NCBI RefSeq assembly: GCF_000143415.4
Contig: NW_003314327.1
Span: 326,851 to 390,850, forward strand
DNA: 64,000 nucleotides
Direction of reading: 5' to 3'
Origin: Selaginella moellendorffii
Lineage: Eukaryota; Plantae; Lycopodiophyta
Under the pieces are notes generated by a model. That model saw only the letters and a program-made list of their open reading frames with translations. It was not told where the DNA came from and did no database searches. The position numbers and the translations under genes were made by a program. Within the stretch, counting starts at the first letter, position 1; each line of letters starts with the position of its first letter. Below are positions 26,220 through 38,069 of this stretch, in pieces.

Positions 26220-27897
26220 TCAGAACCGCAGCCATTTCTTCTCTTCTTCCTTGCTGCGCACTGCGTGGGCCGTGGACTGGAGCGCTGCCTCGGCATCGCC
26301 CAGCGCCTTGCGGGCCTCGCCCAGCTTCCTCGTCACGGCCTCGAACACCGATTTCTCCTTGCGGTTCCTGCGCGCCATCTCCTCGAGCTTGGCCACCTTG
26401 CTCGCCAGCTCCTTGATCTCGTCCTGCTGCCTCACCAGCGAGCGCCGATCCTCCTTCGACTTCCCGGTCGCCGCCACCGCTGGTTTCTTCTCTTTTGCGG
26501 ACGAATCCATCCGGGACGAGGACGAGAGCTGGACGTTGATGAAGCTGAACACGTCGGGAGCTTCCTCTGCTTCCTCCAGTGCTTTGCTCGCGCGTCTCGC
26601 CTCGGCAAATTTTCTGTCCCGCTTCCTCTTGCCGCCGCGGGACTTCTTCTTTGCCGACGGCTTGGGTGGAGTGGACTCGCTCACGTAGTCGAGGGATGTC
26701 TTTGGTGGCAGGACTCGGACCTGGAGAGGTGTGACGAGCCCCTGGCCGCTCGTCCCAAGGCCAGAGCCTTGCTTGTATCCCATCTTGGCCATGAGCTTGG
26801 AAGCAACTCCTCTGGTATGCTTCTCCCAGTTGGCGAACAACACTGTCTCGGTTTGCTGGTATCCTGAGAAAGTCCCGATTCCTGGCAAGATTTCTTCGTC
26901 GTCACTTGACTCGTCACTGCTGCTGCTGCTAGTGCTGCTCGGATCTGTCACCGCTGCGTGCTCGCTGAGAGCTAGATTTTCTTTTCCGACGATCGCTTTG
27001 CTGCCATCGTCGCTGAAAACCACATTCACCACTTGGAGCTGATCCACCAGCTTTTCGACTTCGGCATCTCGCCAAAGTCCTGTTCCATCGGTGGAGCTGC
27101 AAGCCAGGACTGTAGAGCCGATCTCTATCTCTTGCCATCTTACGTCTGGAAGATCTTTCAGCGACGAGAGCTGTACGAGGAAACCTGTTGAATGTGTCAT
27201 ATCCAAGCTTTGAAGTTTCATAGAAGAAAATGTTCTCTCTCATTTTTTTTACCATGCGACGAACGACAGCTTTCGCCATATCGGCAACGCTGCTGGAGGA
27301 AGAATCTGCAAATCTGCACACTCGGCCGGATGTCGTTAGTTCCTTAATCTCAAAAACGGCACCCATGGGGAAAAACAACGAAAGAGATGGAGTACAACCT
27401 GCATTTTCTCATTTGTTGGCGTCAGAAAGGAAACACGAGCGTTTGTGCCATCTTGGCACAAATCGAGAACTCTTCCATTATACCATCTTCCATCGGTGTG
27501 TCGAAAGCGGCATTTTGATCCAGCAACAAAGTGCTGCTCTCGTTGGCGTTGTTGTTGTTGTTCTTCGTCTTTATCGCAAGCGAGTAAATCTTTCGACGAA
27601 TCGATCTGGAGAAGCAGGCGGCGACGCTTGAGAGAAAGCAAGCTTTCCTCGACCTCCTTGACAGCAGCCACAAGATCCTCTCGCAGCTACAGCATTAAAT
27701 AGAAAATTACTTCACTAACTCTTTTCATCGCTCGCAAAGAAGATAGGGTCGTGCTTACTTACCGATTGGAGCTCCTGATTCCCAGGCTCGCGGAGCAGCG
27801 CCTCCTCCAGCGCCGGCAAGGACTCGTTGTGCTCGATCAGCTGCTCCTCCAGCTCGCGCTCCAGCAAGGCGCTCTCCTCTTCCTCCTCTACACCCAT
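26220..27897 (-). CDS. ZGPAT: CCCH zinc-finger and G-patch protein (ZGPAT-like), 4 exons
   Basis: KCRFRHTDGRWYNG; small CCCH exon ICRFFLQQRCRYGESCRSSHG (about 27253-27313); G-patch WEKHTRGVASKLMAKMGYKQGSGLGTSGQG; ends EEKKWLRF*. Confidence 0.92.
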
Positions 27898-28003
27898 TTC
27901 TAAAATCTAGGGTTCTTCGTTAGGGCTCTTCGTTCTCAGGATTTAGGGTTTATCTCAGCGCCCGCGCTAGCTCGCTCGCTCGCTCGCCGATCGGTCGTGC
28001 GCC
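27898..28003. promoter_or_regulatory. 106-bp bidirectional promoter (ZGPAT / SNU114) with telo-box-like motifs
   Basis: CTAGGGTT at 27907, TTAGGGCT at 27920, TTTAGGGTTT at 27943. Confidence 0.7.
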
Positions 28004-31000
28004 ATGGACGACAGCTTGTACGACGAGTTCGGCAACTACATCGGCCCGGACATCGAGTCGGAGGAGGAGGGATCCGAGGCGGAGGAGGAAGCGATTCCAG
28101 CGGCCAGCGGCAGCGCAGGTAGAGAGAATGCAGCGTGGCTCACACAGGGAGGCGGGGACGATCTTGACGGCCCCGAGGACATGGACACCGAGGGTGGGAT
28201 CGTTCTTGCCGAGGACAAGAAATATTACCCGACGGCGGTGGAGGTCTATGGCGAAGGGGTGGAGACGCTGGTCATGGACGAGGACGCGCAGCCGCTGGAG
28301 GAGCCCATCATCAAGCCGGTGAGAGCCAAGAAATTCGAGGTAGCATCCAGAGAAGGTGTGAGGACTTTCGTCTCCACGGAGTTTATGCTCGGGCTCATGA
28401 GCAATCCGGGGCTGGTTAGAAATGTGGCTCTGGTGGGAAATCTCCAGCACGGGAAGACGCTCCTCATGGACATGCTCGTGGAGCAAACTCACGACATGAA
28501 GACGCTGGATCCAAACTCGGAGAAGCACTTGCGCTACACGGATACTCGGATCGACGAGCAGGAGAGGCAAATCTCTATCAAGGCCATGCCGATGTCGCTG
28601 GTGCTCGAGGATAGCTGTGGGAAATCCTACCTTTGCAACATCATGGACACTCCAGGTCACGTAAACTTTTCGGACGAGATGACCGCTGCTCTACGCCTGG
28701 CTGATGGAGCGGTCGTCGTTGTGGATGCCGTGGAGGGTGTCATGGTACGTTCCTTTCTCTTTTCTTCAGAGTCTTAGATCTTCTCCATCGTTTCTTCTTC
28801 TGTGATTTTCAACTTTCTTGTGTCGTCTTGTACTCTTTTTTGTTTTTGACGAACTTGTAAGTAGCACATTATTTTCTTCTCTTTGCTTTTGTATTGATTT
28901 TGTTTTCTTCGTTTTTATCCTGCAGGTAAATACCGAGAGGTCCATTCGCCATGCAATCCAAGAGCGACTGCCTATCGTCGTAGTGATCAACAAGGTAAAT
29001 CAACTCTTGGCTCTCGCACGCTTTTGCACTGAACGTTTTCTTGTTTTACTTGAATAGGTGGACAGGCTTATAACCGAACTCAAGCTGCCGCCGACAGACG
29101 CCTATTACAAACTCAAGCATACTATAGAAGAAATCAACACCTTTATCAGCTCTTTCTCGACAAACCAAGCGATTGATCCTGTCTTCGGCAACATATGCTT
29201 CGCAAGTGCCACTGCCGGCTGGTCGTTTACGCTACTTTCTTTCGCAAAGCTCTACGTCAAGCTACACGGCATTCCTTTTGATGCGGAAAAGTTTGCGAGT
29301 CGACTTTGGGGTGACTATTACTACCACTCGGATACCAGAACTTTTAAGAAGACTCCTCCGGCCAGCGGCGGTGACCGGTCCTTCGTACAGTTCGTGCTGG
29401 AGCCGCTGTACAAGATATACAGTCAGCTGATCGGTGAGCACAAGAAAAGTGTCGAGACTGTTCTGGAAGAACTAGGAGTGAAGCTGAGTAGCGCTGCGTA
29501 TAAGATGAACGTCAAGCCGTTGCTTAAGCTCGCGTGCAGCTCGATATTTGGTTCGGCCACTGGTTTCACGGATATGTTGGTAAGGCACATTCCTTCAGCA
29601 AAGGTGGCTGCTGCAACGAAAGTCGAGCACACTTACACAGGTCCACAGGACTCGATGATAGCAGAGTCCATAAAAACCTGCGACGCGAAGGGGCCGCTGA
29701 TGGTGAACATCACAAAGCTCTATCCAAAGAGTGATTGCAGCGTGTTTGATGCTTTCGGAAGAGTTTTAAGTGGAACCATCGCCACGGGTCAGAAGCTCCG
29801 GGTCCTGGGAGAGGGTTATTCTCCAGATGACGAGGAAGACATGGCAATCAAGGAGGTGACGAAGTTATGGATTTATCAGGCACGTTACAGGATTGCTGTG
29901 AGCAAGGCACCCGTGGGAAGCTGGGTGCTTATAGAGGGTGTGGACACATCAATCACGAAGACCGCGACTCTATGCCCGGAGTTCACTGACGAGGATGTCT
30001 TTATTTTTCGGCCGCTCAAATTCAACACGTTGTCTGTCGTGAAAACAGCAACTGAGCCTCTAAATCCGAGCGAGCTTCCCAAGATGGTCGAAGGTCTTCG
30101 GAAAATCAGCAAGAGTTATCCACTGGCTATCACGAAAGTTGAAGAGTCCGGAGAGCATACTATTCTTGGTACCGGGGAGATTTTCCTAGACTCCATCATG
30201 AAAGATTTGCGAGAGCTTTACTCGGAAGTCGAAGTCAAGGTAAGTTCTGTCTTTTATAATTCATTTTCTAAATGACTAACTGGCCTTCTTTAGGTGGCTG
30301 ACCCTGTGGTATCATTCTGTGAAACTGTTGTGGAGTCCTCGTCTTTAAAATGCTTTGCTGAAACGCCTAACAAAAGGAACAAGCTTACCATGGTACGTTC
30401 CATCCTACTTTATCTGCAAGAGTTCTATGAATTTGTGTGGCTTTCCAGCTAGCCGAGCCGCTCGAAAAAGGACTATCCGAAGATATTGAAAATGGAAACG
30501 TGTGTATCGACTGGCCTGCTAAGAAAGTTTCAGAGTTTTTCAAAGTGAGGTATGACTGGGATGTTCTCGCCGCGCGGTCTATATGGGCCTTTGGTCCTGA
30601 TAAGCAGGTTGGTCGATTCTTTCCTTTCTCTGCTTTGCGCTCAACTTAAGTTTCAGGGACCAAACATTCTCTTGGACGACACTTTACCTAGTCAAGTGAA
30701 CAAAGGGCTCCTCAGTTCTGTCAGGGACTCCATTGTGCAAGGGTACCAAATATATTGTTGAACGCTAAAGCCTGAATTTTTTTTTATAGGTTTCAATGGG
30801 GTGCCCGCGAAGGACCTCTCTGTGACGAGCCTATTCGCAACGTGAAGTTTAAAATACTGGATGCAACAATTGCGCAAGAACCTTTACATCGTGGTGGGGG
30901 TCAAATTATTCCCACTGCAAGGCGGGTCGCTTACTCTGCCTTCTTAATGGCAACGCCCCGGTTGATGGAACCAGTTTACTATGTGGAGGTAACATGTGCT

Positions 31001-31599
31001 GTATTTTACATTCCATATCTGAAAACGTTCGTTTCTAGATCCAAACACCTGTGGATTGTCTCACGGCAATCTACACAGTTCTTTCGCGGAGGCGAGGACA
31101 TGTCACGAGTGATGCGCCAAAGCCTGGAACTCCTGCATATGTCGTGAAGGTAGAAGCATCGCTTGATCTCTTCACTGCACAATCTTATGTTTTTCTTCCT
31201 TTTTCTTTTTCTTTTTTTTCCTTTTTGTGCAGGCATTTCTACCCGTGATCGAGTCATTTGGATTCGAGACTGATTTGCGCTATCACACTCAGGGCCAGGC
31301 CTTTTGTTTGTCCGTTTTTGATCACTGGTCCATCGTTCCGGGTGATCCTCTAGACAAGTCCGTGGTTCTCCGGCCACTGGAACCAGCGCCCGTGCAACAC
31401 CTTGCACGAGAGTTCATGGTGAAAACTCGTCGCAGGAAGGTCAGTAGTTGTAGCTAAGCTCTCTTTTTGAAAACTTACGTCCTTGGGAATTTGTGTTTGC
31501 CAGGGAATGAGCGAAGACGTGAGCATTAACAAGTTTTTTGACGATCCAATGCTGCTGGAATTGGCGAGACAAGACGCTGACTTGCAGCAAATTCTCTAA
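28004..31599 (+). CDS. SNU114: U5 snRNP GTPase Snu114/EFTUD2 (GFA1/CLO), multi-exon
   Basis: [87 protein letters not shown]; ends DLQQIL*. Confidence 0.97.
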
Positions 31600-31833
31600 G
31601 AGCTCAAGCTCTTTTCTTTTTCTTTTTGCTGTACCATCAAACGCATCAAAAGGTTGTAGCTCAGCGGTGGAATTCAGTTGGTTGAAGTGGAGTAAGTGTT
31701 GAAGCTGGGATATTCCGTATGGGAATATTCTCAGCATATGTGGTAATTACCATTAAATTTTTTAATTCAATAGTCCTCTTTATTTAGCAATTCAAATTTG
31801 AATTTAGGGCTGCTGTTAGGGTTCTTGAGGTTT

Positions 31834-33024
31834 ATGGCAAGGAGGGCCGCAAGGCTATTCCCGGGCCATGGCGCGCGGAGAATGTCCACCTCCACGCTCG
31901 CGTTCGAGGAGATGGAAGACAATGCAGCGCATTCCAAGGAGAAAACGGTGATGTTCCTGCACGGGTTGCTAGGGTCTGCCAGGAACTGGCGGGGATTCGC
32001 CAAGCGGCTCCAGTATGCGATCGATCCAGGTTCCTGATCGATCGTTTGTGCTGGATCTGTCCTGAAATTCGCCGTGGCGCCTTGCAGCTTGGAGAATTGT
32101 GATGGTTGATCTTAGAAATCATGGCCAATCCGGCGAGCTGGAACTATCACCCCCTCACGACATCCCTGCGGCAGCTAGGGACGTAGCAGATCTCATCAGA
32201 GCTCGTCCAGAGCTCCATCCCGACGTGCTGGTTGGGCATTCCATGGGAGGGAAAGTAACGCTAGAATTTGCGAAGTCCTCCATGGAGAGAAAGTATGGAA
32301 GCATGACCGTGCCTAGACAAGTGAGTCTTTTCTTTCTTCTTTCGTTCTCTCAAGTTGTTCTTACTATGGTCTTTCCTTTTCGTGGAACTTCCTCGCAGTT
32401 ATGGGTTCTTGATTCTGTCGTTGGTGAAGTCCCAATAAAAAACGAAGAAGGCGAGGTGGAAAGAGTGTTGGAAACCATCAGAACTTTGCCTCAAGTCATA
32501 CCATCACGCAGGTCTCCTCTCATTGTTTCATGATTTTCTTTGCCAGATTATAACGGTGTTGTTGTGTTCTTCACTAGATGGCTTGTGGAGCGGATGCAAG
32601 AGCTAGGATTCTCGAAAGGCCTCGCCAATTGGCTGGGCAGTAACTTAAAAGCAATATCACCCGGCAGCGAGGAGTCAAAATGGGTGTTTAACTTCGACGG
32701 CGCGTACTCGATGTTCACGTCTTACAGGTGCTTTGCTCGCAGCTCTCGATTTCTTGCTGACACTCTCCTCTCAGGAAAATGGATTACTGGTCTCTCCTGG
32801 AAAATCCCCCAGCTGGGAGTGATATTGGCATCGTCAGGGCGGGCAGGAGCGATCGATGGACTCCTGAGATCATTGCTCGTCTGGAAGAACTCTCGAGAGC
32901 GGCTCCAGAAGATGGTAGAAGGGGCAGTGTTACGTATCGTGTATTGGAGAATGCTGGTCACTGGGTCCATGCCGATAATCCCGAAGGCTTATTGGAGCTT
33001 CTACTACCATCTTTCCAGTCCTGA
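31834..33024 (+). CDS. Alpha/beta hydrolase, ABHD11-like, multi-exon, probable organellar presequence
   Basis: FLHGLLGSARNW, VDLRNHG, nucleophile GHSMGG, ENAGHWVHADNP. Confidence 0.9.
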
Positions 33025-33189
33025 GGGTAAAGATCAAGGTGAAGACCCTGAGCGAGGTAGAGTTTTGCATACTGCTTACGTTCTTATACAGATAGTCAAA
33101 AACAATTTTTTCGATCTTCCTTGGCCGGCATGATCAAAGGAAGAAAGTTGCTTGCTCACGATGCAGTGTTTCTCAAGAGCACCGAAGAG

Positions 33190-33822
33190 CTAGACACAGC
33201 CCTTGGCCTTCAGTTCTTCGTCATACTCTTCTTCCTCCTCCTCCCGACGCGCCATCTCCTCTTCGTGAATCTCAGGCGTCCTACGAGCAAAACAAAGCAC
33301 GAGCTTTCGATCGACCACACCGACTGGAAAGAGGCCTTACCAGTCGAAGATGAACATCGCGAGGAGCCTGTACACGTCGCGCGTCTCGTACTGTCGCCAG
33401 AGCTCAAGATAAAACAGGTCGCGCTCCTCCGCTTCACAAGCAGTGCTCTCGGCTAGCATGGCTGCATATGAATTCTGCATATGGGTTCCTGTGCTCCAGC
33501 CAGCGTCGAGCGAGGTAGAGAAAGAAAGGTGAGAGATTATCATGCCTCAAGATAGCGATCCATGCAATGATCGGGAGCATAGCGCTGGACGTACCATGAT
33601 TTCTTCCCTATAGTGTAAACAATCGCGTCGAAACCCAGTGAGCGCCTTCCTGACCTCGAGTGTCTGGTAGACCGCTTCCCTCAAGCCGCCAGGAATTGCA
33701 GTGGGCTTCTTAGCAAATATCGCTTCCACCTCCGAGGTCTCTATACTAGCGATGGAGGGCAAAGGAAGAAAGCTGGTAAGGGTTGTCACCAGCCTTTTGT
33801 AGTTTCGAAATCTCGCAAGCAT
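33190..33822 (-). CDS. Small orphan protein, 3 exons, acidic C-terminus
   Basis: Phase-consistent splice: MLARFRN...EEIM | NSYAAML...FIFDW | TPEIHEEEMARREEEEEEYDEELKAKGCV*; no family recognised. Confidence 0.5.
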
Positions 33823-34188
33823 CAATTTAATTTAATTTGCAGTATGGTCTTGAGTTTGCAGACGAAGGACATTGGTTTATGTGTCTATGCAAGATCAAAA
33901 TGACAAGCATATGGATACGAGGAATTACACTGTTTAGTCTAGACTGACATGAAACCCCCCACACATATGAAAGTATGAAGTTGCTTCTCTCACTTTTTTT
34001 GCTTTTGCTCTCTTTTTATCATCAACTATAGCTCCTCTCCTTAACTTCTTTCTAGCTTGGTTGGCTGAATTATTACTGGATGAGCTTACTCATTTGAGTT
34101 CATTTTTAAATTTCAGAAAGTAAAATGTCTTCTTCTTGGATAATCCGGAGGCTGAAAAGGATGACGGCGAACAAAAGAGCTGGAGTTC

Positions 34189-37100
34189 CTAAGAGAAGGT
34201 GACTTGAGCCACTCCATTCGACGCGAGAGCTGCGACCATCTCTGGAACTGTGACGAAAACAATCACTGGATTTCCCGGAGACGCGGCCTGAGCAGCAGCA
34301 GCGGCAGCGATCTCGCCCGAGGACGAGGACGAGGACGAGGACGAAACCGGCACCACCATCACGCTCTCCAGCCCCAGCTGCGCCTTGATCAGCTCCAAGT
34401 TCTCCTCAAACACCCATCGCTCGTCGAATGGCAGCCGCAGCTCCAGCGCCTGCGGCCCGACCGACAGCGTCTCGTCCTTCTTGAACTTGACGAACGGCAT
34501 GCACTTCTTCTGGATCTGCTTGAAGTCCCCGGACTGTCCCACCGAGCTCTCGCGCAGCCGGGCCAAGATCTCCGCGTCCGGAGTGAACGTCTTGCTGCCG
34601 CTGTCGTAGCACGACTGGAGAATCTTCAGGGACTCCTCCTTCCAGCCTTCGTACTTCTCGGCTACGTAGATCAAGCCCGCCAGTGGAGCCGGCGCTGTTG
34701 GAGGCGCTGCTGCTTGTCCCTTCTTGGCCTTTTTCGAGCCGGCCAGGTGCTTCTGCAAGGCCTTCCGGAAGTCGGCAAGGATGGACTGGAAGAACTTGTT
34801 CGCTCTCTGAAGGGTCAAGTCGGGAGTTCCTGAGGCCGGCCAGCCTGCCGTCACTGCAAATCCTTCCTGGTGAAAGATCTCCGATCGGACATACTCGGCG
34901 TAGTGCGGACAAATTGGAGTCAGTAGCCGAGTCTGGACGTCCGCGAACCTGAAGATCAAGTCCCTGTTCATGCCCGAGGAGGAGCACGCCAGCCGGTACT
35001 CGTCCCTGGCGATCTGGAGATCGTAGAAACCCGACTTGAGCGCCTCACGGAACATCAGAGCTTTGTAGTTCTTCTCTGTCTGGTTGATAGCAATGTTGAT
35101 CTCGTTCTCAAACACGCGGTCCGCGAATGTAGTAGGGGGTCCCTTCCTCAGATCCTTTTCAGCAGCAATGAGCTCGTCGCTCATCCAGGCCATCTCCTTC
35201 GTCAGGCGCAGGATGGCGGAGTTTGCCGTCAGCTTGACGAAGTTTGCATCGTCGACCGAGTCTCCAGCGTCCGCCAGGCCGAACCTCGTTGCATCTGCCG
35301 AGAAGTCATTCACAGCGTCCCGAATGGTGAGGAAGTTCCCAGTCGACTTGGCCATCTTCTCCCCGTTCAGCAGCAGGAAACCATTGCACCGGAACGAACG
35401 AGGCCACCTCTCCTCCGGGAACATGGCGGTGTGATTGTAGATGCTAAAAGTCAGGTGGTTCTGGATGAGATCCTTCCCAGAGACGCGCAAGTCGAACGGA
35501 TACCAGTAATCAAACTCTTTCTTCATCCTCTGCAGAGTTTCAACCGGAATCTCGCTCTCTGGAAGAGGTCCCATGCCAAACACGAAGTCCCAGACTTTCC
35601 TCGTCATCTGCTCGGGCTTCACAGCATGATCACCTTTGCCATACAAGTCCCCCTCCTGTAAGATATGTGCCACCGTGTAGTACGCCATGTAGATGGTTGA
35701 ATCCGACAGAGACTCGATCAAAAAGTCCTGGTCCCAAGGAAACTTTGTGCCCAGCCCGAAAGAACGCGAGCAGGCCCATTGGTTCAGCCATCCAAGAGCG
35801 TGCTCGAACAAGCGCCTCGTTTCGTCGCTGTAGAGCTCCATCTGCGTCAGGCATTTTTCCGCCTGTGACTTCCATTCCTCCTCACCATACTGTAAGTACC
35901 ACTGGTCCGTCAAGGCCACCACACACTCGTCTCCTGACCTCGATATCACTTTCTTTTCGGGCTCGCTATAGATAATAGCTTGGCCTGACTCCACCAGCAA
36001 CTTCTTGATCAGCGGCTTCGCCTCCTGGACTTTCATTCCGGCATAGTCACCCACCAGCATCTTCCCGTCTGTGAACCCCTTCAAGTACGTCATCTTCTTT
36101 GCAGCTTCCAGATCATCCCGGTTGTTCTGGCTCTTGATCTTCATGCTGATGCAGACCGCTTCCGCCGACTTGTCCCCGAATTCCGGAATGTTGATGATGG
36201 GAATGACTTCGAAAGGTAGCACCCACTCGTCTCGGACGTTAAACTTCGCCCGCAGCCCAGGCTTCGACTTCAAATCCGAGAGTGCCATGTAGTCGTCGGG
36301 AGAGTCGCTTGGCACACTCGTCACAACTCCAGTACCTTTGTCCGTCTTGATGGTCAGCATCGGCAGCACGTAAACCACTGGATTCTTTGCAAGCGGAGAA
36401 ACCACCGCCAAACCGATCAAGTCCTGTCCCTTGAGTTCCACCAGGCACGTCGGTTGCTGCGGAACCCGTGACAAGTTCTGATAAGCCATGTTCAAGGCAG
36501 CCCGAGCCGTCACCACGAAAACTTCCGTCTCGCTGACTTCATAAGCACCGTAGTCACCGTCTGCCAGAACCCATGCATTTGTTTGGCCATACATGGTCTC
36601 CGGCCTCAAGGTGGCAGCTGCCAAGAAGACCTTCTTCCCTTCCAAAGCCTTGAGTTTCCCTGTGAAAGGAGGCTGGACCTCCATTTTGATAAGGACGTAC
36701 TCTTGAGGAGCCACACCCTCACCGGAAGCTCGATCGTGGTCGGCACAAGGCTGCCTGTCCAGAGGAGAATAGATGGCATACCGCAAATCCTTGCCCACCT
36801 TCTTCTTCTCACGCAAGTGCTCAAACTGCCACCTTACGAAAGAGTCGTAGTAAGGATTCGCCTCTGTGGTGATGAAAGAGCGTCTCCAGTCACAGCTCAG
36901 GCCGAAGAACTTCAAGTCGTTCTTGGCGATGGGCGGAAAATACTCCAGCCAGTAGAGTGGATCCCGGAACTTGGCAATCTCATCGTCCTCCAGACCCAAA
37001 GACCTCATGATCGTCCACTGATACTTGGAAGCACCGGACTTCGCCACAGCCTTGCTTTTCTTTGCTTTGAACTTCACCTCCACTGGAACCTCTTGAGTGG

Positions 37101-37527
37101 CCTCTTCTTTGTTCGCAACTGGAGCTGGAGCTTCTGCTGGAGCGTCGTCCGTCACCTCTGTAGGAAACACTGGAGGACACCCAAATTCTTCGCTCTCGCG
37201 GACCAGCTTATCGGCACAAGCCTTGATCGGCATCCCTGTGCAGTGAAATCCCATTGGCAGCAGCACCTTCGTGCCACAAAGCCTCTGGAACGCCGCGGAG
37301 AACTCTAGCTTGGAGAGCGAGAACGCGTGGCCCAAGTGAAGCGCCCCATTCATGTAGGGGTATGGAAAATTCCCGAAATATTTCTCACCGGGCTTGGGCG
37401 GCTCGTCGCTCGCATCGACCTCGAAGATCTTGGCGTCCTCCCATCGCTTCTGGATAATCTTCTCGATACCCAGCAGCTTGTCACGCCGCTCGGTGCTCAT
37501 CTTCTTCTCGGCGCCATCGCTGGCCAT
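34189..37527 (-). CDS. LeuRS: Cytosolic-type leucyl-tRNA synthetase; CDS uninterrupted from the ATG at 37527
   Basis: FPYPYMNGALHLGH (HIGH), ATLRPET, KGTGVVTSVPSDSPDD editing domain, SGKDLIQNHL, KMAKS (KMSKS). Confidence 0.97.
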   Translation of the reverse strand: MASDGAEKKMSTERRDKLLGIEKIIQKRWEDAKIFEVDASDEPPKPGEKYFGNFPYPYMNGALHLGHAFSLSKLEFSAAFQRLCGTKVLLPMGFHCTGMPIKACADKLVRESEEFGCPPVFPTEVTDDAPAEAPAPVANKEEATQEVPVEVKFKAKKSKAVAKSGASKYQWTIMRSLGLEDDEIAKFRDPLYWLEYFPPIAKNDLKFFGLSCDWRRSFITTEANPYYDSFVRWQFEHLREKKKVGKDLRYAIYSPLDRQPCADHDRASGEGVAPQEYVLIKMEVQPPFTGKLKALEGKKVFLAAATLRPETMYGQTNAWVLADGDYGAYEVSETEVFVVTARAALNMAYQNLSRVPQQPTCLVELKGQDLIGLAVVSPLAKNPVVYVLPMLTIKTDKGTGVVTSVPSDSPDDYMALSDLKSKPGLRAKFNVRDEWVLPFEVIPIINIPEFGDKSAEAVCISMKIKSQNNRDDLEAAKKMTYLKGFTDGKMLVGDYAGMKVQEAKPLIKKLLVESGQAIIYSEPEKKVISRSGDECVVALTDQWYLQYGEEEWKSQAEKCLTQMELYSDETRRLFEHALGWLNQWACSRSFGLGTKFPWDQDFLIESLSDSTIYMAYYTVAHILQEGDLYGKGDHAVKPEQMTRKVWDFVFGMGPLPESEIPVETLQRMKKEFDYWYPFDLRVSGKDLIQNHLTFSIYNHTAMFPEERWPRSFRCNGFLLLNGEKMAKSTGNFLTIRDAVNDFSADATRFGLADAGDSVDDANFVKLTANSAILRLTKEMAWMSDELIAAEKDLRKGPPTTFADRVFENEINIAINQTEKNYKALMFREALKSGFYDLQIARDEYRLACSSSGMNRDLIFRFADVQTRLLTPICPHYAEYVRSEIFHQEGFAVTAGWPASGTPDLTLQRANKFFQSILADFRKALQKHLAGSKKAKKGQAAAPPTAPAPLAGLIYVAEKYEGWKEESLKILQSCYDSGSKTFTPDAEILARLRESSVGQSGDFKQIQKKCMPFVKFKKDETLSVGPQALELRLPFDERWVFEENLELIKAQLGLESVMVVPVSSSSSSSSSGEIAAAAAAQAASPGNPVIVFVTVPEMVAALASNGVAQVTFS

Positions 37528-37528
37528 C

Positions 37529-37596
37529 CTGGATCGATGAACAGAGAAAATGCGACTTAAACCACGGAGGATCTCTCGGCGAGCAAGAAAACTCAC
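37529..37596 (-). other. 68-nt intron just upstream of the LeuRS ATG
   Basis: GTGAGT donor ... ttttctctgttcatcgatccAG acceptor, then G ATG. Confidence 0.8.
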
Positions 37597-37799
37597 GTCG
37601 CGATGCAGCGAAGGATGCGACGTAGAGAGCCTCCCGTGTTGCCGCTACAGCAGCGCCGCCGCCGCCGCCGCCGCGCAGTGAAGCTCTCGTTCTGGTAAAC
37701 CCTAATCCTCACTGGCAAGGCACCTACGATGGTCAAGGGTTCCATACCTATCTATCTTGAGCAAGGCGAGTCGCTTTCTTAATGGCTAAGCAATCTCTG

Positions 37800-37975
37800 G
37801 ACGTGGGTAACGTATTTTTTCATGCGTTTTGTTACACAGTTCTTTTGCGGAGGCGACATGGAACTCCTGCAAAGGTAGACTTATATTTTTCTTTTGTGCA
37901 GTCATTTCTACCTTGAGACTGATTTGTGCTATCATCCATCGTTGGTGCCGTGGTTCTCGCAAGAAAATTCGGGCA
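37800..37975 (+). pseudogene. Heavily deleted remnant of the 3' part of SNU114
   Basis: Collinear blocks tacacagttctt.gcggaggcga, ggaactcctgca, ttttgtgcag.catttctacc, gagactgatttg.gctatca and ccgtggttctc match about 31070-31430. Confidence 0.8.
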
Positions 37976-38038
37976 TCTTATTTAAATCCCTTAGTCTCAT
38001 GCTGCTTGGGGGTGCTACTAGACCATGGAAACAGTATA

Positions 38039-38066
38039 TGAATGAATGAATGAATGAATGAATGAA
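38039..38066. repeat. (TGAA)n microsatellite
   Basis: tgaatgaatgaa..., seen directly. Confidence 0.9.
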
Positions 38067-38069
38067 AGC

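Noticed and set aside
31650-31720. tRNA-like start GGTTGTAGCTCAGCGGT after SNU114
   Set aside because: No anticodon arm, T-loop (GTTCRA) or acceptor-stem partner.
37528-37596. GTG-initiated LeuRS extension MSFLARREILRG... in the ORF track
   Set aside because: The GTG is the GTGAGT splice donor, and the segment ends in a pyrimidine tract plus CAG, so it is better explained as an intron.
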